The notes below the pieces were generated by a model. That model was not told where the DNA came from, searched no databases, and saw nothing but the letters and a program-made list of their open reading frames with translations. The translations under genes and the position numbers were made by a program. DNA of 64,000 bases. It comes from Glycera tridactyla. Lineage: Eukaryota. The stretch lies in contig OZ286459.1 of assembly GCA_965644265.1 (NCBI GenBank), positions 73,656,001 through 73,720,000 of the forward strand, in the 5' to 3' direction. Of the stretch, positions 10,411-23,267 are shown piece after piece; the stretch's first letter is position 1; each line of letters opens with the position of its first letter.

Positions 10411-13400
10411 CTTTTGAGCTCTTCATTTGAGCGGAGTCTATGCTCCCTAAACTATGATAGTGTGGTAGTGACTGCCCTAGACTCTTCATACAAGGATGGA
10501 CTAACCTCAATCTCATTGTATGTATGTTATTGTATACATATGAATCAATTGTCAATTACTCAGGGGTAGCAATAATGAACCAATTTAGGGTCATCAGTGA
10601 TTTTGTACACATATATAAAGAGAGTAAATAGCCAGAATGTTTGCAAAGGCTACCCTTTGTCAGTGAAGCTGAGGTTTTATCAGACAAGTGACCTCACTAT
10701 AGAGGCTGCTATTTAACTACAGGCAAATTGATATGAAAGTATGGCATGTGTGGTATTTTTAGAAGCAGGTTTGGCTATATTGACTCACAGAACTAAAGCT
10801 CTAGATCATCCTTGTATTTCTTGTTATATCGTCAGCAGCACTGTCAGCTCCTTCGTCATGTCTCCTGCAGGGCTAAATGGGTTTCTGAGAATACACATCA
10901 CCAGAAATATTGTTATTTACTCATGTTTCAGTGTGAAAAAAATTGACTTCCATGTGAGCATACATGTACATGATAACTCACAATTATCTATAAACATTCG
11001 AACCTCACAATCACAGTTCCAGGACCTTTCTGTATGTGACGAGTCCATTACCAATTGTAGACAACCAAAGCTCCAATTATGATAGTGTGGATGGGCCTTT
11101 AAAGTTGGCTGTAAGGATGGTTGATGGTAGACGGTTGATTGAAATTCAGATTGATTTTCTATCTTGTGAGCACACATCGCCTGCAGGAATGAGTGTTCCT
11201 ATGAGATGAGTAAACAGGTGAGTCAAGATTGCTTCCTCTAATATGGATCAACCCACTTCTACCCGGACCATCTCAATGGAGTGGACCGTGCAATAAGATC
11301 CCCTACTGCCATGAGAGATTCTGTCTATCTGTCTGTATGCTGGCAATATACCTCTGACGAGAGACCACTTATTGGTAACATTTAGGGTGGTCTCTCGGTG
11401 CAGGTCCACTCTACATTAAATAAGCCAGGGAATTCTATCGATGTATTTATCTCAACCATACGGTTGACCTTTTTGGGATATTTCATTCTAAAAATGAGAT
11501 CTTTGCTTGCAGAACCTATTTGTCAGAAGTGCTCTTGATTTGCCATCGAGATATATATACCACCTCTTCGTATTCATGGATATTGCTGTCTACATTCTGT
11601 CTTCAAAGAGTTGTTTAGGAGGTTGTTGTCTGATGATAGGATATGGATGGTCCATGCGATGTCTGTTTCCCATTGCATCGCCTGATTTGTTTGCATCAGG
11701 CATCAGTTATTTAGTGTTTGCTGATGTGTTTTGCCGAGATTGTCACCCTTTTTCAATCAGTTATGATTAAATAGCAATTTATATTGGAAATCCATTTGTA
11801 CCACTGGTTTATCAGTGTTTTGCTTGCTCAATACAGTCAACTTGATGGCGTTGGATAAATAATTGCAAGCACTTAAGATGCTATGTTTTCTACAATGAAG
11901 CAACCACAACAGGTCATGACATGATTTCATCATGCACATGACATAAAATGTCATCAGTGTTAAGATGCACATCATGAAGCTGAGACATTTGCAGATAAGG
12001 TTGAGGTGCATTACAATCCCCCATCTGTTGACACTAGATGTAAGGTCATCTATCTGACTCAAGAAAAAAAATCAGTGGTTCCAATGTGGTCCTTTAAGGA
12101 ATCCCATGCGTGATAATACAAGGATTAGATAGTGTGTTTCTATATCGAGTACACTGTATAAAGTTTGTAATTGTTTCTGAGCGAGACATTCATATTGCCA
12201 ACCAAATATACTACCAATCAATCATACCCCCAAGCAGTCAAAGCAATGGGGCAAGATGTAATCTCTAGAATTCTCACAGGGGAAGGAAAAGGTGATGCAT
12301 GCAGAGACCCATAGAATTCACCCAGCATTCAAAAATGAACAACTCGCATCAGATTTGGAAAGCATCAGGAGCTTTTATCATTGTTTCTCATGCAATGAAG
12401 CTTTGCCAATTGTACTATCGAAAATGGTTGCTGATGGTTTTCTGATACTTTCATTATTCTCATACCCATGGTCTTGGTTCTTGTGCTTGACTTGTTTTGG
12501 ATGAATTAGGACAAATCGTCACACTGATCCTGAGCATTGAAAAGGTACCTTTATCTCATGTGATATTTGGCAAGATGAAACTGGTAAATTTCCTCCGGAA
12601 GACTCATTTTTGAATAGTGCTTTTTTCAGGGCTTGGAAGGTTGCCCCCTTCTGAATTATATAACCCCCTCCTGCTACCTTGATCTCCCAAGTATGGATTA
12701 CCAGTATTACTTTACCCAGTCCTTAAATTTCTAGGTATGGCTTCCAATAACCAATAACCTACATATACCTGTGTTCATTCAGCCGAAGGTTTCCCAATTT
12801 ATCAGAATGAAACTTTCAGTAGATTGATCCCCTGCTGCCTTGAAAAATGTGAATCAAATCAGGCCCCTTCTATCATCCACATGGTTTCTCTTGATGATTT
12901 TGCACTCAACGATTCTAAACCATCTCCATCAAACAATGATTTCACAATGATTATCCTCAATCCTATGTCTGGGGAATCAAACCAGTTTGCTGGTTTCCTT
13001 ATCCAGGAGGGTTTGCCTTACCTACGGCACTCGTAGCTTGATAGAGCTTGACTTCATCAGGAATATTCATTGACATGTGTCATTGACACATTCACTGGAC
13101 AAATAGAGCATAACTTGTACATACATGTGCCCAATTGGCACATTTTTTGACACACTTGAATGCTTAGGGCATGTGGAAATCTTCAGGATGTGCCTGATGG
13201 ACACAAGAATTTCCTGTAGGAATTTCCTCTAGAGAGTTCCTATATGTCACCATAACTGTGCCCCCCCCCCCCCCAGCACCACTCAGACAAGCCCCCCAAC
13301 CCCACAAAACCCCTAGATGCACCCAGACCTGACCAGAATTTGTGATCAGTGCCTCTAATTTTCTGAAAGGAATCCAAACATGGATGCCTGTTATGAGCTC

Positions 13401-13411
13401 TATGTCAACTA

Positions 13412-13514
13412 CAGTCAAACCTGCTTGAAAGACCATCTCTCTATAAAGACCACCTGCCTAATAAGGCAACTTTTTGATGCAACCAAAGGTGGCCTTTATA
13501 GGGTGGTTCAACTG
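13412..13514 (+). mobile_element. Internally deleted TA-MITE, family A
   Basis: TA-CAGTCAAACCTG ... GGTTCAACTG ends, with repeated AAAGACCA motifs. Confidence 0.7.
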
Positions 13515-13914
13515 TTGGTGAATTTTATGATATATGATTTTTGACAGTCATGAAATCCATGAATATTGAATGGTTGATACATATACCCCCAACTGCATAC
13601 CCCCCCCCCCCCCCCTTCATCTCCATATGGTTAAAAGGTTAGCATCCAGTGGTTGAAGTTGATGACAGCTGTAATGGTGATGATGATCGAAGTGGCATGC
13701 AGTTAAGTCGAAGGTAGTGGTCTAGGTGATGGATGGGAAGGCAACAGTGGTTTGTTTTACCACGTAATATGTAGCAGCCCAACAATTGTTGAGTTATTTG
13801 AAGCCAGAATGGGTAGCCTTTCCACCTTCATTGTGTATGACAATCAGACATGGAGGTAGAATCACGAAAATTCTGCTATTTTGATGCATCATGTTCCTTC
13901 AGTCAGCTAGTCAG

Positions 13915-14555
13915 TCAGTCAGTGACCCACTCATTCACTCAATCAATCATTCACCCACTCAATGACTTACACTCACTTGCCTATCTACTACTTTTCTTGC
14001 TCACTCACTCACTCACTCACTCACTCACTCACTCACTCACTCACTCACTCACTCACTCACTCACTCAATCACTCACTCACTCAACCACTCAACCACTCGC
14101 TCAACCACTCACTGACTTACACTCACTTGCCNNNNNNNNNNNNNNNNNNNNNNNNNNNNNNNNNNNNNNNNNNNNNNNNNNNNNNNNNNNNNNNNNNNNN
14201 NNNNNNNNNNNNNNNNNNNNNNNNNNNNNNNNNNNNNNNNNNNNNNNNNNNNNNNNNNNNNNNNNNNNNNNNNNNNNNNNNNNNNNNNNNNNNNNNNNNN
14301 NNNNNNNNNNNNACTCAACCACTCACTCACTCGCTCAACCACTCATTGGTTGATATACTGTTTGGCTATATTGACTAGCAAAACCGAAGCCAATCAACCT
14401 ACCAACCATCCAGCCAATTACATATCCATCCATCCATGGCAGCCTGCAAGCCAGTCAGTCAGTCAGCCATCTAGCCAACCATTCAGCCCTGCTGATACAT
14501 GACTTGTCCATCCATCCATCCATCCATCCAATCCAACCAACCAACCAACCAACAG
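13915..14555. repeat. Compound tetranucleotide array (TCAC, CAAC, CCAT, CAGT) spanning an assembly gap
   Basis: Long (TCAC)n with TGACTTACACTCACTTGCC repeated 150 bp apart (ending 13981 and 14131), then CCAA/CCAT/CAGT runs. Confidence 0.9.
14132..14312. other. Assembly gap (181 N)
   Basis: Run of N. Confidence 1.
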
Positions 14556-14559
14556 TGTA

Positions 14560-14737
14560 CAGTGAAACCTGTTTTGGGAGACTCCTCTTTTGGGAGACCA
14601 CCCTCTAATGGGAGACCGCTCTTTATCGGCTCTTCTGTATTTGACATAGTCAAATATACCTCCAATGAGAGACCACCTGTCTTGAGAGACCGCTTTTTGT
14701 TGGCGTTTGGGGTGGTCTCCCAAGACAGGTTTTACTG
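14560..14737 (+). mobile_element. TA-MITE family B (178 bp; Tc1/mariner-pogo type)
   Basis: TA-CAGTGAAACCTGTTTTGGGAGAC ... GTCTCCCAAGACAGGTTTTACTG-TA. Internal GAGACC repeats. Close copies at 23958, 53106, 55448 and 56310. Confidence 0.93.
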
Positions 14738-15698
14738 TACTAGAATTGTCAAACAGAAAATGCAACATTTGTGCCTTCTCTCTCAAATCAGCCATAGCAT
14801 AATGTGCAGGTGGTGGCATCTGAAAACAGGACAGCAATGTAAAAATATGATTCAACTATGTTGATGGTTTTTGGGCTGATTAAGATGTGTGTCAGAAACG
14901 ATAACTTTTTCCCCTTGAGGATCATTTTTGTTCATCATCCCGTGATCAGAGTCTTTCCAGAGGACAATGCATTGGACCCCTCAAGCCTGGAACTGATCGC
15001 ATACCTAATCCCTCAGGTTGGTTCATGCCATCCAACCCCAACCAATCAACTAACCAACTAATTTGATTTCTCATGGCTGCTAGACAAATGCAGACCACAG
15101 TGAAATCCCACTGAAAATTGCCTGTGTTTAAGGGAGGTCCCAAATACTGTGGAGCTTGTGATAAGCATGTTTGTCATTGCCTTAAGATAGGTGCTTGCTG
15201 ATTGCTGGTATATTTGGAAAGAAATGATACAAAGCTTTTCTGGTGAAAAAAAACCCTTGCTTGGGGTCACTCATCACAGGCTCAGATGTAGTTGCTGAAT
15301 CAATTTGATGTTATCGCCACATTGCTATGTAGCTAGGTAATTTTGAGTTAGAACCAGGAATATCGTTCAGACATAGAATGATTTAAGTTGTACGAAGACA
15401 GTACAGATAGGCTTATGTGCATGTGATAGATGTTGTTGGATAGTTATAGCTGATGTAAGTATATAATATAAGTGGCTCATGTTCCTCATAGTCCTGAGAT
15501 TCTGTGCGTCATGATGTCATGCAGAACCCATCGATCATTCACAGCTAATGTACTTCACAAATTGGGTTTGGCAAGAAGTCTTTGTTTGGAAATTCCCCTT
15601 TTTTTAACCGTATGATGACAGATATATCCACATTGCTCTGGTGGATCATACACCTACCATTTTTCACAGGAGAAATAGATTATGTGAATCAAAATATA

Positions 15699-15870
15699 CA
15701 GTCAAACTTGTCTTAATCATGAAGGTTCTGGAAGTGGAAATTGTGTGCTCAGATCAAGTTCATGCTTAGTGCAAGTCAATTATATTGAAGAATACTCTGA
15801 TGGGATGAAAAAGAACCTGTTGCTGAGGAGAGATCTTGCTTAGGACAAGTTTTGCTTAGAACAAGTCGGT
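15699..15870 (+). mobile_element. TA-MITE family D, degenerate
   Basis: TA-CAGTCAAACTTGTCTTAA ... TTAGGACAAGTTT. Homologous to 41568-41715. Confidence 0.65.
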
Positions 15871-15889
15871 CGATTGGTTGGCCGGACAG

Positions 15890-15933
15890 CCCGTCAGTCA
15901 GTCAGTCAGTCAGTCAGTCAGTCAGTCAGTCAG
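15890..15933. repeat. (CAGT)n microsatellite
   Basis: About 10 units. Confidence 0.95.
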
Positions 15934-15980
15934 AGACATTAGATATGGATTTGGAACAAGCTATAAATGGACATGATAAC

Positions 15981-16320
15981 TGTTAAACACTGAGAGAGCA
16001 AGACAGTTCTCGCATGTCCCCATGAAAAAACTATTGAACATCAAGTATGCAGGATACTTCTCGCATGCCCTCATGTGAAAACTAATGAACACTGAGTATG
16101 CAGGACACTTCTCGCATGCCCTCATGTGAAAACTAATGAACACTGAGTATGCAAGACACTTCTCGCATGTCCCCATGTGAAAACTAATGAACACTGAATA
16201 TGCAGGACACTTCTCGCATGTCCCCATGTGAAAACTAATGAACACTGAATATGCAGGGCACTTCTCGCATGTCCCCATGTAAAAACACTGAGTATGCCAG
16301 ACAATTTTTACATGTCCCTA
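15981..16320. repeat. 51-bp minisatellite (~6.5 units)
   Basis: TTCTCGCATG recurs at 16007, 16058, 16109, 16160, 16211 and 16262. Confidence 0.95.
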
Positions 16321-17919
16321 TCTGAGGACATATCAGGTGAGCACTGTTTGAACAACTGCATAATTTCCTCGTGATGTTACAATTTTGATGAAAATGGGAC
16401 TTCAGTAAAATACTGATCCATGTATCAGTTGTATATGAGACTTACTTATGCTGTCAACTTCACCCGATGTATGATACCATCCACTTGTGTCCCTGCTCCA
16501 TTTACTAGGCGTTGATCAATCAGATAAGGCTAGAGCACCCAATCATTCCCTTTATGCATGAATACTAGATAACAGTGGTATGGGCATGTACAAATGGTGG
16601 GAACAAAGAGTTTATTGTGATCATTGATTTGTGCTCTGTTTGGTGTTTGGTGTTTTTCCTTAATCTTATTCATGTTGATGATACTTTATATTGCCGTGTA
16701 GACGCCCATACCCAAATAGCCAAACACATGTCAAAGCTGAGAATTATAAAGCTGTCATCTTTGAGCAGGAACATGGCACATGGTGAATACCGATGAAGAA
16801 TGTCAAAGAAAACAACATTTTAAACATGGTCAGTAATTGATTTTTCCTCAGATTCAGTTTCAAATAGACGCTCACGATACTTCACTATGCTTTCACGTAC
16901 TGGGCCTTTATTCGGCATTATACAGTATTGCTGATTCTGATGAGTAAATAGAAAAACAGCTTTTGCATGAAGCTACAAAGCAACTGTTCATTATGGATGT
17001 TTTCTCTTTCATCTGCTATGGAAATGCCTGGGTTTCTTATTGATTGCATTGCATGATTGTGACAAAGTGAGATAACAGTTTTCAATCCAAAAGTTTGCAC
17101 CATGGGTGATCCAAGTTTGATGCTGCTTGTCGAAATATTTTCTGTGATTAGGGAATTGCTCAATCATGTGTAACAGGCAGGTTATTGCAGAATTGAGAGT
17201 ACTACCTGGAATTTCTCAGTACTATGAAATTATAATGTAGAATATGGTGGACATTAAAAAGTTGATTATGCTCCATTAGTCCTAAAATTGAGATGAATGT
17301 AGAACATGGCAACCTCCAATAGTCTGATTCTATCATGCTAGCGAAGGTGCTACATGATCTCGATTATGCTGACGCAGGTTGTGAGCATTCTGCCTTCGGG
17401 TTATCTTGTATCCATATTGCAAACAATTGTTGACACGCTACAATTTTGTTATTCGACACAACAAACCCTCTGAAGAAGTCTATTGTTAATTGCTGGGGTA
17501 AACAGTAGTCATTCATGCCACTGTATAGCCTTTTTATGGAGCTTAATGGCATTCATCTGTGATAAGTACACTCTCAAGTGATTTGTGTGGGAAGTTGTTT
17601 CAAACAGCAGCTGTGCTCACAGCTTTGATGGTCCATGATTATGTTGGAAAGTCATAAGTGGAGTGAGAGCCAATTCTCTTTATCAGGCAATAATATAATC
17701 ATGCAGTTTTCAATGTGTGGTCCCAGCAAGCCTCTGTAATTTCAGACAACCTATGCATGTTGTTTTTTTGTGATTTTCTGGTGATGTGTGTGATTGTGTG
17801 TGTGATGGGGGGGGGGGGGTAAATATCAGGTGGTGGGTGCATCTGGCTTTGACTTACACTAGGTTGAGTATTCTCCAAACCTAACGCTTTTCCTTGTCCC
17901 TAGTGCTGCTCTTGCTTTA

Positions 17920-18180
17920 AAAGAAAAAAATGCTGTCAGGCTTGAGTGTCAGCTGTTGACCAGTCCCATAGTTGAATATGCCATCAATAGGTTTGATATG
18001 TTTATGTTCAGTAGGTAGAGGTGTGTCTGAACTTTTGGTCCCCCATCATTGCGTATTCAGAGTCTGTGTGAGTGATGTCTGCAGGAGACAGAACATCTTG
18101 CTTTAATTGACGAGGAGCACACAGCATACATTATCCTTGGGGTTGATAATGCCATTAAACATCAGACAGTCAGTCACACT
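17920..18180 (+). mobile_element. SINE-like family 1 copy
   Basis: Shares GGTGTGTCTGAACT..GTGATGTCTGCAGG..GTTGATA..GCC.TTAAAC plus a tetranucleotide tail with six other copies. Confidence 0.65.
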
Positions 18181-18406
18181 CATACACTGATGATGCTAGC
18201 TTGATATATCCAAGTTGGAAGTCCACTTCCTGCCTCTGATTATCCAGTGCATCCACCTGTGACTGGGGGGGGGGGGGGGGGGGGCTTCCAGAACAGGACT
18301 GATGGGTACTACATGTATTCTGAACATTTCAACAAATTTGAACACAGATGTTTATCATCACATTTTGTTTCTACACTTTTTCATTAGCATACGTTTTGAG
18401 CAGGTA

Positions 18407-18584
18407 CAGTGAAAGCTGCGACGAGAGAGCGCCCTAAATGTCACAAAAAAGCGGTCTCTCGAAAGAGGTGGTCTCTCGTAGCAGGTGTATTTGACTATGT
18501 CAAAAAGAAAAAGCTGCCCCAGAAAAGCGGTCTCTCATCGGAGGTGGTCTCTCGTTGGGGGGTCTCTCGTCGCAGGTTTCACTG
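18407..18584 (-). mobile_element. TA-MITE family B-related subfamily C (178 bp)
   Basis: 22-bp TIR CAGTGAAA(G/C)CTGCGACGAGAGA with one mismatch. TA on both sides. Degenerate relative at 46310-46478. Confidence 0.9.
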
Positions 18585-18719
18585 TATAATCTGTTCTGTA
18601 AAAAACCTCCATTGAGATTGATAACGGATATGTTGAACTGTAGGATTCTCCCTTGTTGTGAGCAAACTGAGGTATCCTGTCTGCTATTCACAAATAAAGA
18701 TTGTCTGAAAATGTCATCA

Positions 18720-20011
18720 TCTTATTGGTCTTTAATTTCCCTGGACAGACAGACACAGGAAGACCTAATATAGAGACAAATAAAACTCAAATATGACAAG
18801 AGACAACCCTGAAGTGCTCCCCGATCAGTGGATCTTATATTGCAGATTGTATTATTTCTGGGTGTTCGGGCATTTCATGGATCCCTTGAATGTGTCAGTT
18901 ATGGTGTTTGCCAGCATGTATTGATCCTTATATTGAACATGAGTCTGATGTTACTTGTACAATTGCCAAAAAATTTGTCATGTAATAGAGTTCATGTAAT
19001 GTCCAGTATGGATTTTGCTTAGTTGCTAGATAAATAGTTTTAGAATTTTTGGACAAACATGACAGAACCGTGATATACAGTTCAAGGCGTACTGACCCTC
19101 ACCCACACACATTCACACACAAACACACACACACACACAATGCACACACAAGCACACACAAAGCATGCACACACATTTTGTTTATGCTGTCATCATAATT
19201 TTTTTTTTTTGTCAGAGACGGTACTGTTTTCGGTTTGGGACTCCCTCCCATCATAGACAATACTATCGTTCATTTTATGGAGTGGTTTGACAAAGTACAC
19301 CTCACACAGTAAGTAGGCAACCATCTGTAGACAGCTGCTATACCATCATCAGAATTAAACCAAAACTGCAAGGAAAATTAGAGATTTGTGAGAAAAACAC
19401 TAGCGAATGCATGAAATACTGATAAACTAGGATATTGTAGATTCATAACTGTGTGAGAACATTGAGAAGCAAAAAAAGTTTTATATAAAGCGACACACGG
19501 TGGTAAAAGACAGCACCATTATTGGGAAAGCCCCTCCGTGACATCATAATAGAGGAGAGAACCAGCGAATCACAGTCTGAGATTGACTAGCAAACATGGC
19601 GGTGGGCAGAAGTCGCCAGTCGTCGATAGTTTCACTGTTCTGGCAAATATGCAACGGATTTATGTGATCATGATTTATGCATGAATTATACACAAAAGAC
19701 TAAACATGGCGTGTAGTGACCCAGTGCTTCACTTGCGCATGTGTTCCTGGATCTGATTAGCGATCAGCAAATCGCAGTCGCTGGAGACGGGATCGTGTGT
19801 GTGGCGGGTGTCGCATCGACACTCGCAACGCACACCCGTCAAATTTCACACGATCCCGTCTCCAGCGACTGTGGCCGACCTCCTGTCTCTTCGCTGTCAC
19901 CTGTCAAACACTCTGCTGACGGCGGGTTACTCTCCCTCTTCATCTCCCTCTCCCTCTCTCTCCCTTCCACTTCCCCTCCCTCCTCTCTCTCTCCCCTCTC
20001 ATAAATTTTCG
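18720..20011. repeat. Tandem duplication unit 1 (1292 bp)
   Basis: Near-identical to 20012-21311. Identical ORF calls at 18828 and 20120 are 1292 bp apart. Confidence 0.97.
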
Positions 20012-21311
20012 TCTTATTGGTCTTTAATTTCCCTGGACAGACAGACACAGGAAGACCTAATATAGAGACAAATAAAACTCAAATATGACAAGAGACAACC
20101 CTGAAGTGCTCCCCGATCAGTGGATCTTATATTGCAGATTGTATTATTTCTGGGTGTTCGGGCATTTCATGGATCCCTTGAATGTGTCAGTTATGGTGTT
20201 TGCCAGCATGTATTGATCCTTATATTGAACATGAGTCTGATGTTACTTGTACAATTGCCAAAAAATTTGTCATGTAATAGAGTTCATGTAATGTCCAGTA
20301 TGGATTTTGCTTAGTTGCTAGATAAATAGTTTTAGAATTTTTGGACAAACATGACAGAACCGTGATATACAGTTCAAGGCGTACTGACCCTCACCCACAC
20401 ACATTCACACACAAACACACACACACACACACACACACAATGCACACACAAGCACACACAAAGCATGCACACACATTTTGTTTATGCTGTCATCATAATT
20501 TTTTTTTTCTGTCGGAGACGGTACTGTTTTCGGTTTGGGACTCCCTCCCATTATAGACAATACTATCGTTCATTTTATGGAGTGGTTTGACAAAGTACAC
20601 CTCACACAGTAAGTAGGCAACCATCTGTAAACAGCTGCTATACTATCATCAGAATTAAACCAAAACTGCAAGGAAAATTAGAGATTTGTGAGAAAAACAC
20701 TAGCGAATGCATGAAATACTGATAAACTAGGATATTGTAGATTCATGACTGTGTGAGAACATTGAGAAGCAAAAAAAGTTTTATATAAAGCGACACACGG
20801 TGGTAAAAGACAGCACCATTATTGGGAAAGCCCCTCCGTGACGTCATAATAGAGGAGAGAACCAGCGAATCACAGTCTGAGATTGACTAGCAAACATGGC
20901 GGTGTGCAGAAGTCGCCAGTCGTCGATAGTTTCACTGTTCTGGCAAATATGCAACGGATTTATGTGATCATGATTTATGCATGAATTATACACAAAAGAC
21001 TAAACATGGCGTGTAGTGACCCAGTGCTTCACTTGCGCATGTGTTCCTGGATCTGATTAGCGATCAGCAAATCGCAGTCGCTGGAGACGGGATCGTGTGT
21101 GTGGCGGGTGTCGCATCTACACTCGCAACGCACACCCATCAAATTTCACACGATCCCGTCTCCAGCGACTGTGGCCGACCTCCTGTCTCTTCGCTGTCAC
21201 CTGTCAAACACTCTGCTGACGGCAGGTTACTCTCCCTCTTCATCTCCCTCTCCCTCTCTCTCCCTTCCACTTCCCCTCCCCCCTCTCTCTCTCCCCTCTC
21301 ATAAATTTTCG
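20012..21311. repeat. Tandem duplication unit 2 (1300 bp)
   Basis: About a dozen substitutions and an 8-bp longer CA run relative to unit 1. Confidence 0.97.
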
Positions 21312-21425
21312 CCTCCCGTTTGGGACCCAGAAGGAGGAGTGTTGGACGATTACACCCATGCACATTGCATGGGCATCACAATATAGCCCAGATGGTGCTG
21401 GCGTTACGTGAAACCACAACCAACC

Positions 21426-21427
<2 letters not shown>

Positions 21428-21474
<47 letters not shown>

Positions 21475-21523
21475 ATCTCTCTCGCTCTCTCTCTCTCTCT
21501 CCCTCTCCCTCTATCTCTCTCTT
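21428..21523. repeat. (CT)n microsatellite
   Basis: Long CT run with interruptions. Confidence 0.95.
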
Positions 21524-21719
21524 CCTTCATGTTTTTTCCCCTTTTCAATTACCACCTCTCCGCTGTAAATCGACGACCATTCTTCTTTTCGAAGAAATTT
21601 CTTGTTTATGTTATTGTTTCATTGTTGAAGTTCACCTTTATGGTTTTATTGATGAAGACCAGTCAGGGGTTTTAATCCAGGTCCATATACTCTTTGTCTC
21701 TAGCCTAAGCCTTGTATCT

Positions 21720-22190
21720 TCATCTGTCCCTATTCATGCTCTCCTAATTCAAAAAGGAAGCAGGCTTGAGTGTCGGCTTCCAGCCAGTTACATAGTTAGA
21801 TATGCCATCTTCAAATTCATTATTTTCATGTTGGGTAGCCACAGGTGTGTCTGAACTGTCAGCTTCTCCCACTTGGCAACCTTTCAAGTTTCCCATCATC
21901 TCGTGTTCAGGGTTTGTGAAAGTGATGTCAGAAGGGGGAAGTACATCTAGCTTTCATTGACCAGGAACACATGGCATACATAATCCTCTGGGTTGATACA
22001 TACATTACCATCAAACGTCAAACAAACAATCAATCTCTTATTGTTGTTCAGTCTTGTGTCCTCTGTTTGTGAGAGTGATGTCTGCAGGGGAGAGAACATT
22101 GACGAGCTTTCATTGACCAGGAACACACGGCATACATAATCCTGTGGGTTGATACATGCCGTTAAACCTCAAACAAACAAACAAACAAAC
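21720..22190 (+). mobile_element. Two adjacent SINE-like family 1 copies (~21720-22031, ~22052-22190)
   Basis: Both end GGGTTGATACAT...(AAAC)n. The second is 5'-truncated. Confidence 0.7.
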
Positions 22191-23134
22191 TGCTCCTCAG
22201 CCTTGCAGCTTCATTAACTCCTGTGATGGGATATCTCCTCTGGCATAATACCATGTCAATGGTGAACTTTTATCAGGGGAGTTTTTTGAAATATTCAAAT
22301 GTACTTCTGACCCATTTGAGCGTATGGATTTTCTTTACAGTCATGGTGGTTTCTCTTCACTGATCATCTCATAGGACTGATTATGCCAGAATAGTGAAAC
22401 AGATGGAATACAAAATAATACAAGAAGTAGATAGCCAACTTATTTCAAATAGTTTTAAACATGAACAATTGATGGAACGATCAGTCAGTATTGATACATC
22501 ACTATACTTTTGCATGTGTGTGAGTTAGCCGTGATTTCACATAACTTTCATAGCCGATTGTACTTTTGAAGCTTTGCTTGACATGCCTCAAGTTGATCCC
22601 TGTGATAATGATTGTCTCATCTTCAAAGGCTGAGAGGGATTCCTCCTAGTCTGGGATGTCTGGACTGTCAGCCCATGCCAATCCGGCCCTGCCTGTAACT
22701 GATCTGCTTTGTTGAGTTGATCTGAGAGGAGAAACAATTCTACTCAGTGTTGTTGAGTATGACATCAGCTATATTTGAGAATGGATGATAACAGTATTGG
22801 TATCAGACATGGGATTTGTGACCGATGTGTGCATCACTGATACAAAATACATTCTAATGAAGAACAAACTTCTAGATTGTTGAAAATCATAATTGGAAGG
22901 TATCATGGATGATCATCATTATCATCCAATATCGCGTGTATGTAATTGCCACATGTTTTCAGCAAATTATACATGTTGATCTCGCCACCTATATAGCAAT
23001 AGTCATGGCGATAGTTAGGAAAAATGCCTTTAGAAAAATCGCCTAAACTCATCAACTGCTGGTCCAATTTTCACAAACTCAAAACGAAATTGTAGGTAAT
23101 ACATTATTCTATTCATTTATCGGATGATGAATAC

Positions 23135-23267
23135 AGAATACCCCTCATGCCGTGTATGTGGAGAGCATACACGTCTCATACCGGGGCCGGGGAAGGCACT
23201 CGTGCATTCCCAAGGCCCCGCTACTCGGCGTGTACACTCTCCATGTACACGGCACAAGGGGCATTCT
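23135..23267. mobile_element. 133-bp palindromic MITE-like element
   Basis: 39-bp inverted arms (23135-23173, 23229-23267; 32/39 match) plus an inner CGGGGCC/GGCCCCG stem. No clear TSD. Confidence 0.7.

Noticed and set aside
10960-11120. Minus-strand CEVRMFIDNCEL, like the CR1 RT 'VRLFADDCLL' motif
   Set aside because: Catalytic residues are not conserved and neighbouring motifs are unconvincing.
13005-13062. Possible minus-strand exon MNIPDEVKLYQATSAV followed by GTAAG
   Set aside because: No partner exons or recognisable domain. Such short open stretches with a donor occur by chance.
15981-16320. CRISPR-like appearance of regular repeats (also 40440-40690 and 61460-62665)
   Set aside because: Units are contiguous with no unique spacers, there are no cas genes, and the context is eukaryotic.
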